Shown piece after piece: positions 47,256 through 57,028 of a stretch of 64,000 bases of DNA. Location: positions 384,001 through 448,000 of the forward strand of contig OZ245002.1 in NCBI GenBank assembly GCA_965223415.1, in the 5' to 3' direction. Every line of letters starts with the position of its first letter. The first letter of the stretch is position 1. Source of the stretch: Myxococcota bacterium (GTDB lineage: Bacteria > Myxococcota_A > UBA9160 > UBA6930). The notes beneath the pieces are model-generated. The model had not been told where the DNA came from, made no database searches, and worked only from the letters and a program-made list of their open reading frames with translations. The translations under genes and the position numbers were made by a program.

Positions 47256-48076
47256 TAGCGCGCGAGCAGCACCGGGACGGGTGAGGTCCTCACAACCGCG
47301 CTCGCGTTCGACCCCAGGAAGTACTCGTTGATCCGGTTCCGCCCGTAGGCCCCCATCACGATCAGCCCGGCTCGCGCCCCCTTCGCCGTGTCGACGATCT
47401 TGACGTCGGGCCGGCCGAGGGTCGAGGAGGCTTCGCGCACCGGGACGGTCAGGGTGCCCAGCAACCGGCGAACCTCGTCGAAGCGGGCGGCGGCGCGGCC
47501 CTTGTCCTTCGAGTCGACGAAGACGTGGACGGTCTGCTCGAGGCGGGCGGCGAGCTCGACGGCGAGCTTGGCGGCGATGCGGGATCCGGGAGAGCCGTCG
47601 AAGGCGAGCACGATGGGGCCGCCGAACTCGGCGCCGGCGGGGACGACGGCGGTGGCCTTGTTGGTCTTGCGCAGGGTGCCGTCGGCAGTGGAGCCGATCA
47701 GGGCCGTGCGACAGCCGGCATGCTCGCCGTCGCGGCCGATCACCAGCAGGTCGACGGCCTGGCCGCGCTCGACGATGCGGTCGTCGGCAATGCCGCGCAC
47801 GGTCTCGGCACCGCACTCGCTGCCGGCGCCGCGGGCAGAATCCGAGAGGCGGCGGCAGGCCGCCTCGGCGCGCGTCTTGAGGAACGCCTCGATGCCGTCC
47901 AGGTTGGGCGGGGTCACGCCGAGGGCGTCGCCGCGCAGGCCCTGGGCCACCTTGTCCTCGATCACCGAGAGGCCGGAGAGGCGGGCGCGAAGGCGCGCGC
48001 CCAGGGCGACGCCGTAGCGCTCGGCGTGGTGGGCGGCGTCGGAGCCGTCGGTGGCGATCAGGATGGTCTCGATCAT
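47255..48076 (-). CDS. Tandem-domain universal stress protein
   Basis: ILIATDGS, LIGSTAD, LAFDGS, IVMGAYGR, FLGSNA..VVR.SPVPVL. Confidence 0.92.
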   Translation of the reverse strand: MIETILIATDGSDAAHHAERYGVALGARLRARLSGLSVIEDKVAQGLRGDALGVTPPNLDGIEAFLKTRAEAACRRLSDSARGAGSECGAETVRGIADDRIVERGQAVDLLVIGRDGEHAGCRTALIGSTADGTLRKTNKATAVVPAGAEFGGPIVLAFDGSPGSRIAAKLAVELAARLEQTVHVFVDSKDKGRAAARFDEVRRLLGTLTVPVREASSTLGRPDVKIVDTAKGARAGLIVMGAYGRNRINEYFLGSNASAVVRTSPVPVLLAR

Positions 48077-48114
48077 GGGGTTCTCCGCGCTGGAGCTAGC
48101 GCCTCTGCGTGTCT

Positions 48115-49647
48115 CTAGGTGAGCAGCCGTCCCACCGGCGTGCCCCACACCCACCGCACCAGCCGGCGCAGCAAACGCCCCTTGCGGGCGGTGTAGGGGA
48201 ACCAGAGGAACTCGGACTTCCGACCGAAGCGGTCGACGAGGATCGTCTGGGCGTGGCAGTAGCCGCGCAGGCCGGCGACGCCGTTCACCTGCCCGATGCC
48301 GCTCTCGCGCCGTCCGCCGAAGGGCGCCTCGGTGACGGCGTAGCTCAGCAGGCAGTCGTTCACGACCACACCCCCGGTACGCAGCGCCTTCGCCAGCTCG
48401 ACGCCGCGGCGCTTGTCGCGGGTCCAGACGCTGCCGTTCAGGCCGTAGGGCGTGTCGTTGGCGAGCCGAACCGCCTCGTCCTCGTCCCGTACGCGCATGA
48501 TCGGCAGGACCGGGCCGAAGGTCTCCTCCCGCATCACCTGCATGCCGTGGTCGACGTCGGCCAGCACCGTGGGCTCGTAGAAGAGGCCCGGGAACTCCGG
48601 GTTGCGCCGCCCGCCGGCAAGGACACGGGCGCCCCGCTCCACGGCGTCCGCCACGTGGCGCTCGACCACGTCGAGCTGGGGCCCGTGGATCACGGCGCCG
48701 ACGTCGCTCTCGCCGTCCGGCCCCTGTCGCAGGGCCTGGGTGTGCGCGAGCACTTTGCGGGTGAACTCGTCGGCGACCTCGTCCATCACGTAGACCCGCT
48801 CGGCGGAGACGGACAGCTGGCCGCCGTTGGCGAAGGCGCCGAACACCGCGCCACCGGCCGCCCGGTCGAGATCCGCGTCGGCGCAGACGATCATCGCGTC
48901 CTTGCCGCCCAGCTCGAGGGTGCAGGGCAGGAGGCGCCGGGCGCAGGCCTCGGCCACATGTCGCCCCGTCGTCACGCTGCCGGTGAAGCAGATCTTGTCG
49001 ACGCCGGCCCCCACCAACGCGGCGCCCGTCTCGCCGTCTCCCTGGACCAGCTGGAAGACGCCGGGGGGCAGCCCCGCCTCGGCGAGAAGGCGCTCGATCA
49101 GCTGACCCGAGTACGGGGTGGTCTCCGAGGGCTTGAGCACGACGGCATTGCCCGCCGCGAGGGCCTGCACGGTCGGGTTCAAGGAGAGCAGGAAGGGAAC
49201 GTTCCACGGCGTGATGACACCCACGACGCCGAGGGGCTGGTAGTGGATGCACAACCGCTTCGTCTTCGTCAGGTGAAGGGGGACGGATCGGTCGGCCAGG
49301 ATGCGCTTCGCGCGCTTCGCGTAGAACTGCAGCGCGTCGCAGGCCGGCAGGATCTCCGTGGCCAACGCCTCCTCCCGGGGCTTGCCGGTCTCCTCGACGA
49401 TCACGTCGACGAAGTCGTCCTGGTGGACGACCAGGGCGCGCAGGGCGCGCTCGAGGACCTTGCGCCGTTCGGCGTGGGACGTGGCCGCCCACTCGGGGGC
49501 CGCCTTGCGGGCGCACTCCACCGCGAGCACCACGTCGTCGGCCCGCTGGACCTCGACGCTGCCCAGCTCCTCGAGGTTCGCCGGGCTCGAGAGACGCAGC
49601 CTTCGGCGTCCGCCGACGGTGGGCTCGAGGGGCTCGACGAGGGCCAT
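48115..49647 (-). CDS. Aldehyde dehydrogenase family protein (catalytic Cys replaced by Ser)
   Basis: ITPWN, KPSE, FTGS..TG, LELGGK, EETFGP, PFGG; FANGGQLSVS at the FxNxGQxC site. Confidence 0.9.
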   Translation of the reverse strand: MALVEPLEPTVGGRRRLRLSSPANLEELGSVEVQRADDVVLAVECARKAAPEWAATSHAERRKVLERALRALVVHQDDFVDVIVEETGKPREEALATEILPACDALQFYAKRAKRILADRSVPLHLTKTKRLCIHYQPLGVVGVITPWNVPFLLSLNPTVQALAAGNAVVLKPSETTPYSGQLIERLLAEAGLPPGVFQLVQGDGETGAALVGAGVDKICFTGSVTTGRHVAEACARRLLPCTLELGGKDAMIVCADADLDRAAGGAVFGAFANGGQLSVSAERVYVMDEVADEFTRKVLAHTQALRQGPDGESDVGAVIHGPQLDVVERHVADAVERGARVLAGGRRNPEFPGLFYEPTVLADVDHGMQVMREETFGPVLPIMRVRDEDEAVRLANDTPYGLNGSVWTRDKRRGVELAKALRTGGVVVNDCLLSYAVTEAPFGGRRESGIGQVNGVAGLRGYCHAQTILVDRFGRKSEFLWFPYTARKGRLLRRLVRWVWGTPVGRLLT

Positions 49648-49707
49648 AGGGGGGGTGGTTCTCCGGATCGGGCGGCGGACCGACCAAGCGGTCTGCGGCG
49701 GGGGACG

Positions 49708-49737
49708 AGGGTACGAGAGCCCCGCGGGAAATGTCAA
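49708..49737 (-). promoter_or_regulatory. sigma70 promoter TTGACA-N18-TACCCT for the ALDH-usp genes
   Basis: Perfect -35 (49732-49737) and TAnnnT -10 (49708-49713). Confidence 0.6.
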
Positions 49738-49824
49738 TCGGGTTGGAAGGCCCCGGCGGGGGTCACCGCTGGGCCCTTCGAGGGGGCCCATCCGGCCTTG
49801 TCCGGGAGAGGCTCTGGCGGGGCT

Positions 49825-50247
49825 TCACTCCTCGCTCCCCGCCACCCCGGCCACCCAGCGCAGGATGTCGGTCTCGGTGATGAGCCCGAGCAGCTGATCA
49901 CCGTCCACCACCGGCAGGCAGCCGATCTTCTTCTCGGCCATGATGAGCGCCGCCTCCTCGATGGTGGCGTCGGGCTCCACCACGATGGGCGGCGTCGACA
50001 TCACCCGCTCGATCTCCACCATGTGCATGAAGGCGCGGCGCTCCTCGTCGCGGTGCTCGGACAGCACCGAGAGGGAGGCGCGCAGCAGGTCACGCTCGGA
50101 GACGACGCCGACGAGCTGCCCGGCCTGCACCACGGGCATGTGCCGCACGTGCCCGAGGGTCATGATATCCTCGACCGTCGAGAGGCGATCGCTCGCCGAG
50201 ATGGTGACCAGCTGGGTCCCCATGATGTCGCGCACGCGATCTTCCAC
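49825..50247 (-). CDS. CBS-domain pair protein
   Basis: VRDIM, VRHMPVV, GVVSERD, KIGCLPVVD, GLITETD. Confidence 0.9.
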   Translation of the reverse strand: MEDRVRDIMGTQLVTISASDRLSTVEDIMTLGHVRHMPVVQAGQLVGVVSERDLLRASLSVLSEHRDEERRAFMHMVEIERVMSTPPIVVEPDATIEEAALIMAEKKIGCLPVVDGDQLLGLITETDILRWVAGVAGSEE

Positions 50248-50317
50248 TCTTCCTCCCGAGTCCCGAGCCGGATACCCAGCCCCGAGTGGGGCGCATTCTA
50301 GACCGCGGGCCCCAACG

Positions 50318-50716
50318 ATGGCATCGGAATCCGCATCCAGGCACCGGAAGGGCCTGGACCCCGAAGACGAGAGCGCGGACGAGCTCGGCGATCGCGGCGA
50401 CGAGGCGGCGGGCTTCTTCCCGGATCTGCTGCGCCGGGGCCTTTCCATGGGCTTCACCGGCTTCTTCATGACCGAGGAGGCCATCCGCCGCGCCCTCGGC
50501 GATTCCGTGCCTCGGGACGTGGTCGAGTTCTTCCTGGAGCAGAGCGAGAAGACGCGCACCGAGTTCCTCGACCGGCTCTCGAAGGAGTTCGGTCGGACGC
50601 TCCAGGCGGTGGATCCAGTCGAGATCGCGCGGCGCCTGCTGGATGGCCGCACCATCGAGGTGAGCGCCAAGGTCCGCTTCGTGCCGGAAGAGAAGGACGG
50701 CTCCGAGGAGCAATGA
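50318..50716 (+). CDS. Hypothetical protein (amphipathic, phasin-like)
   Basis: G.G..FMTEE.IR..L; helical; ATGA-coupled to the next gene. Confidence 0.7.
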   Translation: MASESASRHRKGLDPEDESADELGDRGDEAAGFFPDLLRRGLSMGFTGFFMTEEAIRRALGDSVPRDVVEFFLEQSEKTRTEFLDRLSKEFGRTLQAVDPVEIARRLLDGRTIEVSAKVRFVPEEKDGSEEQ

Positions 50717-51987
50717 CGGTCTCGGCTGCCGGGTCCTTCTGGACGCGCCACACGGGCGTCCTCCTCGTCCTGGTGGCGGTCGTGTACCTGATCGGCGTCC
50801 ACCACGGGCTGGGTCCCGACCTCTCTCGGAACGGGGAGCGCTGGTGGATGCCGAACGGCTTCCTGACGGGCGTTGCGCCCGACACCCTGGGCGTCGCCCT
50901 GGGCCTCTTCGGCGGCATCGCCCTGGCCCTGGCCTGGGCGGTCTTCCGCACCACGGGCTCGGCGGTGCTGCGCTGGCTCGCCATCGCCCACGTCGTGGGT
51001 GTCGGGCTCGTCGTGACCTTCGGTACGGGCTCGACCCTCGCCTGGACCTTCTTCCACTGGCGCTGGACCGTGTGTCTCCTGCTGCTGGCCCTCGGCGTAG
51101 GGGCGGCCCTGACCGCGCCGCTCCTGGCCGGCGCCTGGAGCCGGCTACCCGGCTGGGCGAAGGCCCTCACCTACGGACCGCTCTTCCTCGGCGTCGTCGC
51201 CTTCGAGCGCAACGTGACCGGAACGAACCCGACCCTCCCCTTCGCCATCTCGCCCTGGCCGACGGTCCAGATCTTCGGCCTCGAGGTCGCGTGCAGCTGG
51301 CTGGCGGCGACCTGGCTCGGAGGCGGCGCGGGGCTGGCGCTCCTGGCCGGCGGCACCCGCAGCCCCGGACGCTGGGCGGCGGCGGGGATCCTCGCGATCG
51401 GCCTGCCGATGTCGTGGCTCCTGCTCGGAAGCCGCTTCGCCCTGCTCCCCTTCCGGGCCGGCGGCTTGACGGCGGCGACGGCGATGGTTGCCAGCCTCCT
51501 CCTGCTCGGAGCGCTGGCCCTCTCCCTGCGACGGGGCGCCGATGTCGCTGCCGCCCGCGCGCGGCCGGTCGTGCTCGGCGGGCTGCTGGCAGCGCTGCCG
51601 TTGGTCCTCGGCCAGGCGCTCACGTTGGTCGACTACCAGAGCACCCGGGAAGAGGCGGCCCCCGCCGTGCTCGACGCCCTGCAGCGCTACCTCGATCGCG
51701 AGGGAACCTATCCGGACGAGCTCGAGGAGCTGGTCACCGCCGGAGAGCTGGAAGAGGTTCCCAGGCCGCAGGTCGGCTTCCTGGCGAGCCAGCGCTTCAC
51801 CTACCAGAACTTCGGCACGAGCTACATCCTCGAGTTCTCGGCGCCGCGTTGGATCCAGTGCGCCTACAACCCTCCTTGGGCGGACGCGGACGAGCTCAGC
51901 GAGGAGGAGCGGGCGGAGCTCCTCGCCGAGGACGTGGAGCTGGAGGGCGCCTGGTCCTGCCCGAGCAAGCCCCCGGAGCTCTGGTAG
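50713..51987 (+). CDS. Multi-TM membrane protein with C-terminal extracytoplasmic domain
   Basis: About 9 TM, then ALQRY....GTYPDELEELV and a Cys pair. Confidence 0.75.
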   Translation: MTVSAAGSFWTRHTGVLLVLVAVVYLIGVHHGLGPDLSRNGERWWMPNGFLTGVAPDTLGVALGLFGGIALALAWAVFRTTGSAVLRWLAIAHVVGVGLVVTFGTGSTLAWTFFHWRWTVCLLLLALGVGAALTAPLLAGAWSRLPGWAKALTYGPLFLGVVAFERNVTGTNPTLPFAISPWPTVQIFGLEVACSWLAATWLGGGAGLALLAGGTRSPGRWAAAGILAIGLPMSWLLLGSRFALLPFRAGGLTAATAMVASLLLLGALALSLRRGADVAAARARPVVLGGLLAALPLVLGQALTLVDYQSTREEAAPAVLDALQRYLDREGTYPDELEELVTAGELEEVPRPQVGFLASQRFTYQNFGTSYILEFSAPRWIQCAYNPPWADADELSEEERAELLAEDVELEGAWSCPSKPPELW

Positions 51988-52021
51988 GCTCGACGGAGCC
52001 CGCCCGCCGAGGAAAGCCACC

Positions 52022-53350
52022 TTGAGCCCCCGTTCCCTGACCCTCGGCGAGCGCATCGACCGGGCGCGACGCATCAGCCTCACCTTCGGCCGCGTCTACT
52101 TCCGCCTGCGCAGCCACCGCTTCCTCGCCCGGCGGGTGGCGCCCCGGGACATGGAGGAGCGCTGGGAGGCCCTGCACCGGCAGAACGCCCAGGAGATCCG
52201 CGACCTGGCGGTCGAGCTCCAGGGGCTGATCCTCAAGGGCTGTCAGTTCGCGAGCGCGCGGGCAGACGTGCTGCCGAAGGCCTACCAGGAGATCCTGGGC
52301 CGGCTACAGGATCGGGTGCCGCCCTACCCCTTCGAGGTGGCCCGGGAGCTCGTCGAGGAAGAGCACGGGCGCCCCCTCGAGGAGATGTTCCTCGAGTTCT
52401 CGGAGGAGCCGATCGCCGCCGCCTCCCTCGCCCAGGTGCACGATGCGAAGCTGCTGGACGGCACGCCAGTGGCGGTGAAGGTCCAGTATCCCGAGATCGC
52501 AGCGGTGGTGCGATCCGATCTGGCGAACCTGCGGGCGCTCTTCCGCGCCGTGGGCTGGCTCGAGCCGGACTTCGACCTGATGCCGCTGGTCGACGAGCTG
52601 GGTGCGAACGTGCCCCAGGAGCTCGACTTCAAGAACGAGGGGCGCAACGCGGAGCGGGTGGCGGGCTTCTTCGCCGGCCGCGACGACCTGGCGATCCCGC
52701 GCATCCACTGGGAGCTGACGACCCGCCGCGTGCTCGTGATGGAGCGCATGCACGGACGGAAGATCACCGACGTCGAGGGACTGCGGGCGGCCGGCGTCGA
52801 CCTCGAGGCGGTGATGCGCACCCTCGTGGAGGTGTTCGCGGAGATGATCCTGGTGCGCGGCTTCTTCCACGGCGACCCCCACCCGGGCAACCTGCTGGTC
52901 GAGCCGGACACCGGCCGGCTGGTGATCCTCGATTTCGGGCTGGCGAAGGAGCTGCCGCTCCGCTTCCGGGAGACGGTCGTGGGCTTCGCGGCGGCGCTGC
53001 TGCAGGGAGACTCCGCCGCGATGGGGCACGCCCTCATCGAGCTGGGCTTCGAGACCCGGGACGGGCGGGAGGAGAGCCTCCACGAGATCGCCGAGCTGAT
53101 GCTGCTCGTCGCAAAGGAGATCCGCGCGGACGGACGCGTCGACCCGGAGACCGTCGCCCGCCTGCGCGAGGAGATCCCCGAACGAGTGCGGCGAAACCCG
53201 ATCGTTCGCATCCCCCACCACCTCGTGCTGGTCGGCCGGGTGCTGGCGCTGCTCACGGGCCTGAACGCGGCCCTCGGCGCGAAGCTCGACTTCCTGAAGG
53301 TCCTGATGCCGATCGCCATGGGCGTGGCGCCCCGGGGCGACGAGGAGTGA
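52022..53350 (+). CDS. AarF/UbiB/ABC1 atypical kinase
   Basis: LQDRVPP, IAAASLAQVH, VAVKVQYP, ELDF..E, FFHGDPHPGN, LDFG. Confidence 0.93.
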   Translation: MSPRSLTLGERIDRARRISLTFGRVYFRLRSHRFLARRVAPRDMEERWEALHRQNAQEIRDLAVELQGLILKGCQFASARADVLPKAYQEILGRLQDRVPPYPFEVARELVEEEHGRPLEEMFLEFSEEPIAAASLAQVHDAKLLDGTPVAVKVQYPEIAAVVRSDLANLRALFRAVGWLEPDFDLMPLVDELGANVPQELDFKNEGRNAERVAGFFAGRDDLAIPRIHWELTTRRVLVMERMHGRKITDVEGLRAAGVDLEAVMRTLVEVFAEMILVRGFFHGDPHPGNLLVEPDTGRLVILDFGLAKELPLRFRETVVGFAAALLQGDSAAMGHALIELGFETRDGREESLHEIAELMLLVAKEIRADGRVDPETVARLREEIPERVRRNPIVRIPHHLVLVGRVLALLTGLNAALGAKLDFLKVLMPIAMGVAPRGDEE

Positions 53351-54321
53351 GCGGGCTCGCCCTCGGTCTGGCCCTCGGCGCCGGTGCGACGCCGGCCGCC
53401 TGGGAGCGCGTGCTGCACCTGGTGGAGCGCGCGGACGCCCTCGGCCTGCACTCGGTGTGGCTGCCCGAACACCACTTCCACCCGAATGCCACGCCGTCGC
53501 CGCTCGTCGCACTGACGGCCTTCGCGGCGCGCACCCGGCGGGTGCGGCTGGCGACGACCTCGCTGTTGCTGCCGGTCCAGCATCCCCTGCACGTGGCGGC
53601 CCAGGTGGCGCTTCTGGACCAGCTCTCCGGTGGCCGGGTCCTGCTCGGCCTGGGCCGGGGGTTCCGGCCGCCGCTCTTCCGCGCGTTCGGGGTCGAGGTG
53701 CAGACGAAGCGCGATCGCTTCGACGAGGCCCTCGACACGATGCTCGCCGCCTGGACCGGTGCCGCCTTCGAGCAGGACGGCGCCTTCTTCGGCAGCGGCA
53801 CGGTGCGCCTCGGCCTGCGGCCGGCCCAGGAGCCCCATCCGCCGCTGGTGGTGGCCGCCTTCGGCCCGAAGGGGCTCGCCCAGGCGGCGCGTCGCGGCCT
53901 GCCCTACCTGGCTTCTCCCCTCGAAGGCCTGCCGATCCTGGCCGAGAACTACGCCCTCTGGCGCGAGCACCGCGGCGCCGAGCCCGACCCCCGCGCCCCG
54001 GCCGTGCCGGTGATGCGCACGGCCTTCCTGGCCGCCGACGACCGCGCCGCCGCCCGCGTCTGGGCCGCCCTGGAACGCGAGCAGACCGTCCCGGCCGGCA
54101 CCCGCACCCCGAAGGCCCTGGCCCGCGCTGCCCAGGGCGAGCTCGGCGACCGCGTCCTCGTCGGCACCCGCAGCGAGATCGAGGACCGCATCGCCGCCTA
54201 CCGGGAGGCCCTCGGCATGGACCTCCTGGTCGTCCGCACCGAGGTCCCCGGCGCCAGCGAGACGGAACGCGAAGCCTCCCTCGAAGCCCTCGCCAGCTTG
54301 ACGGCCGGCCCCGTTTGCTAG
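53347..54321 (+). CDS. LLM-class flavin-dependent oxidoreductase
   Basis: VWLPEHHF, LPV.HPL.VA, DQLSGGRV.LGLGRG. Confidence 0.88.
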   Translation: MSGLALGLALGAGATPAAWERVLHLVERADALGLHSVWLPEHHFHPNATPSPLVALTAFAARTRRVRLATTSLLLPVQHPLHVAAQVALLDQLSGGRVLLGLGRGFRPPLFRAFGVEVQTKRDRFDEALDTMLAAWTGAAFEQDGAFFGSGTVRLGLRPAQEPHPPLVVAAFGPKGLAQAARRGLPYLASPLEGLPILAENYALWREHRGAEPDPRAPAVPVMRTAFLAADDRAAARVWAALEREQTVPAGTRTPKALARAAQGELGDRVLVGTRSEIEDRIAAYREALGMDLLVVRTEVPGASETEREASLEALASLTAGPVC

Positions 54322-54494
54322 GTGGAGCGGGTGAAGGTGACGAAGGCCATGGCGGGGCGCTTCGAGGAGTCGCGCATGGCGAACTGCATCGTGTCGAGGG
54401 TCCAGCCCTGGCGGGTCCACTCGTTGAGGATGTCCTCGAGGGCCTCGGCGGTGACGTCGCTGGTCTCGACAACCTTGTACTCGAGGGTCGCCAT
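54318..54494 (-). CDS. DUF4177-like small protein (58 aa, missing from ORF track)
   Basis: [63 protein letters not shown] coupling with hemB. Confidence 0.8.
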   Translation of the reverse strand: MATLEYKVVETSDVTAEALEDILNEWTRQGWTLDTMQFAMRDSSKRPAMAFVTFTRST

Positions 54495-55468
54495 CAGGCG
54501 CCCAGGCTCCGGGCCAGGTCCTTGGCGGCGTAGGTGAGGATCAGGTCGGCGCCGGCGCGCTTGATCGCGAGGGTGGCCTCGTGCAGGGCGCGGGGTCCGT
54601 CGATCCAGCCGCGCTCGGCGGCGGCCTGGATCATCGCGTACTCGCCGGACACGTGATAGGCGGCCAGCGGCACGTCGAACTCCTGGGCGGCGGCCGCGAG
54701 GATGTCGAGGTAGGGCAGCGCCGGCTTTACCATCAGGGCGTCGGCGCCCTCCTCCAGGTCGAGACGCATCTCGCGCAGGGCTTCGCGGCCGTTGGGCGGG
54801 TCCATCTGGTAGGCGCGGCGGTCGCCGAAGGACGGCGTGCTCTCGGCGGCCTCGCGGAAGGGCCCGTAGTAGGCGCTTGCGAACTTGGCCGCGTAGCTCA
54901 GGATGGCGACGTTCTCGAAGCCACTCTCGTCGAGCCGGGTGCGGATCGCCGCCACCCGGCCGTCCATCATGTCGCTCGGCGCCACGATGTCGGCGCCGGC
55001 CCGGGCATGGGAGAGCGCGGTCTCCGCCAGCCGCGCGACGGAGGGATCGTTCAGCACCTCTTCGTCATCGACGAGGCCGCAGTGGCCGTGGTCGGTGTAC
55101 TCGCAGAGGCAGACGTCGGTCACGACGCAAAGGTCCGGGACCTCGCGCTTCACCGCCTCGACCGCACGCTGGGTGATGCCGTCGGCGGCGTCGGCGCCGG
55201 AGCCGCGGGCGTCCTTGGCGGCGGGAATGCCGAACAAGATGACCGACGGGATCCCCAGGTCCCACGCCTCCTTGCACTCGAGCACGAGCTGGTCGACCGA
55301 GTGACGGAAGACACCGGGCATGGAGACGACCGGCTCGCGCACGCCGCTCCCCTCGACGACGAAGAGCGGCAGGATCAGATCGTTCCGGGAGAGCCGGATC
55401 TCCCGCACCATCGAGCGCAGGGTCTCGCTGCGACGGAAGCGGCGCTGGCGGGTTCGCGGGAACGTCAT
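54494..55468 (-). CDS. hemB: Porphobilinogen synthase
   Basis: [46 protein letters not shown]. Confidence 0.98.
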   Translation of the reverse strand: MTFPRTRQRRFRRSETLRSMVREIRLSRNDLILPLFVVEGSGVREPVVSMPGVFRHSVDQLVLECKEAWDLGIPSVILFGIPAAKDARGSGADAADGITQRAVEAVKREVPDLCVVTDVCLCEYTDHGHCGLVDDEEVLNDPSVARLAETALSHARAGADIVAPSDMMDGRVAAIRTRLDESGFENVAILSYAAKFASAYYGPFREAAESTPSFGDRRAYQMDPPNGREALREMRLDLEEGADALMVKPALPYLDILAAAAQEFDVPLAAYHVSGEYAMIQAAAERGWIDGPRALHEATLAIKRAGADLILTYAAKDLARSLGA

Positions 55469-56994
55469 GCCTTCTCTCCTGCGAGGGCGGAGGCCAGGGT
55501 CTCGATGCACTGATCGACCGTCGCGCTCGCCGGCTCAAGGGTCGCAGGAAGTCCGACCTCTCGCAGCGCCTCCGCGGTGGCGGCGCCCAGGGCCACCACC
55601 CGCGCCCCCCGTGCGGCCTCGAGGCGCGGGCCCAGCCCGGCGGCGAAGCTCCGCACCGCGGAGGGGCTGGCGAACAGCAGTACGTCCAGGGCCCCGCCCT
55701 CGAGGGCCTCCGCGAGGGCCTCGGCGTCGAAGGGCGCGGGCACGGTGCGGTAGACCGGCAGCTCGCAGACCTCGGCACCGGCCTCGCGCAGGGTCTCCGC
55801 CAACACCCGCCGCGCACGCTCGGGCTGGGGCAGCAGGAAGCGGCGCCCGGCGACGGCCTCCTTCGCGACCAGGTGCTCGGCCAGGGCGCGGGCGTCGAAG
55901 CGGGCCGGGGGCTGCTCGCCCGGCGCGAAGCCCTCGTCGCGCGCCGCCTCGGCCGTCGCGGGCCCGACGCAGTGGGCCGGGAGCCCGAGTCGCCCCGGCT
56001 CGACGCTGCGCTCGCGCAAGCGTGCCGCGAGCTGGCGGGCGCCGTTCGCACTCGTGAAGAGCAGCGCGTCGAAGCGCTCGGGCGCGGCCAGCGCCGCGTC
56101 GATCGCGGGCGTTGCCGGGATCGGGTCGACGCGGATCATCGGCACCACCACCGGCAGCGCCCCGGCCTCCCGCAGCGCCAGCGCCCACGGCCCCGCCGAG
56201 GCCGCGGGCCGGGTGACGAGCACGCGATGACCGGAGAGGGGCAGCGCCTCGGCGCCTCCGAGCTCCGTGCGCAACCGGACCACGTCGCCGATCACCACGA
56301 CCGCCGGAGCCGCCAGCCCCGCCTCCGCCGCGCGCTGGGCGAGCTCGCCGAGAGGCGCCTCCACCACACGCTGCTCGGGCAGCGTGCCGTTCATGACCGC
56401 GGCCGCCGGCGTCTCCGGATCGCGGCCGCCGGCGACGAGCCGGGCGGTGATCTCGCCCAGGTTGCGCACCGCCATCAGCAGCACCAGCGTGTCGGCGCCG
56501 CGACCGAGCTCCTCCCAGCGCAGCTGCTCGCGCACCTGGGTGGGATCCTTGTGCCCCGTGACCACCGCGAAGGAAGCCGCGTGCCGGCGATCGGTGAGCG
56601 GGATACCCGCCGCTGCCGGCACCGCCGAGACCGAGCTCACACCGGGCACGACGTCGACGACGATGCCCGCCGCCTGACAGGCCGACGCCTCCTCCCCCCC
56701 GCGACCGAAGACGAAGGGATCGCCGCCCTTCAGGCGCACGACGCGCCGGCCGGTACGGGCGCGCTCGATCAGGAGCTGCTGGATGTCGGCCTGGCTCCGG
56801 GTGGGCTCGTCGTGGCCGCGCTTGCCGACGTTGATGCGCTCCGCAGCGGGCGGCGCCAGCGCCAGCAGCTCCGGCGCGACCAGGGCGTCGTACACGACCA
56901 CGTCCGCGGCGCGCAACAGCTCGGCGCCGCGCAAGGTGAGAAGATCCGGCGCTCCCGGCCCCGCGCCCACGAGCGAGACCCGCCCGCCGCTCAC
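55465..56994 (-). CDS. cobA: Uroporphyrinogen-III C-methyltransferase / uroporphyrinogen-III synthase fusion (CobA-HemD)
   Basis: [23 protein letters not shown]; then HemD motifs VLVTRP, FTSANG, VYRT, FASPSAV. Confidence 0.94.
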   Translation of the reverse strand: MSGGRVSLVGAGPGAPDLLTLRGAELLRAADVVVYDALVAPELLALAPPAAERINVGKRGHDEPTRSQADIQQLLIERARTGRRVVRLKGGDPFVFGRGGEEASACQAAGIVVDVVPGVSSVSAVPAAAGIPLTDRRHAASFAVVTGHKDPTQVREQLRWEELGRGADTLVLLMAVRNLGEITARLVAGGRDPETPAAAVMNGTLPEQRVVEAPLGELAQRAAEAGLAAPAVVVIGDVVRLRTELGGAEALPLSGHRVLVTRPAASAGPWALALREAGALPVVVPMIRVDPIPATPAIDAALAAPERFDALLFTSANGARQLAARLRERSVEPGRLGLPAHCVGPATAEAARDEGFAPGEQPPARFDARALAEHLVAKEAVAGRRFLLPQPERARRVLAETLREAGAEVCELPVYRTVPAPFDAEALAEALEGGALDVLLFASPSAVRSFAAGLGPRLEAARGARVVALGAATAEALREVGLPATLEPASATVDQCIETLASALAGEKA

Positions 56995-57028
56995 GGCGCT
57001 CCCACCGGGCCGGTGCTGCGCCCGCCGC

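Noticed and set aside
49770..49790. Hairpin TGGGCCCTTCGAGGGGGCCCA as an ncRNA
   Set aside because: A single short stem after the CBS gene; most simply a terminator-like element.
55465..56994. CobA-HemD fusion as a novelty
   Set aside because: Well known in Deltaproteobacteria and Firmicutes.
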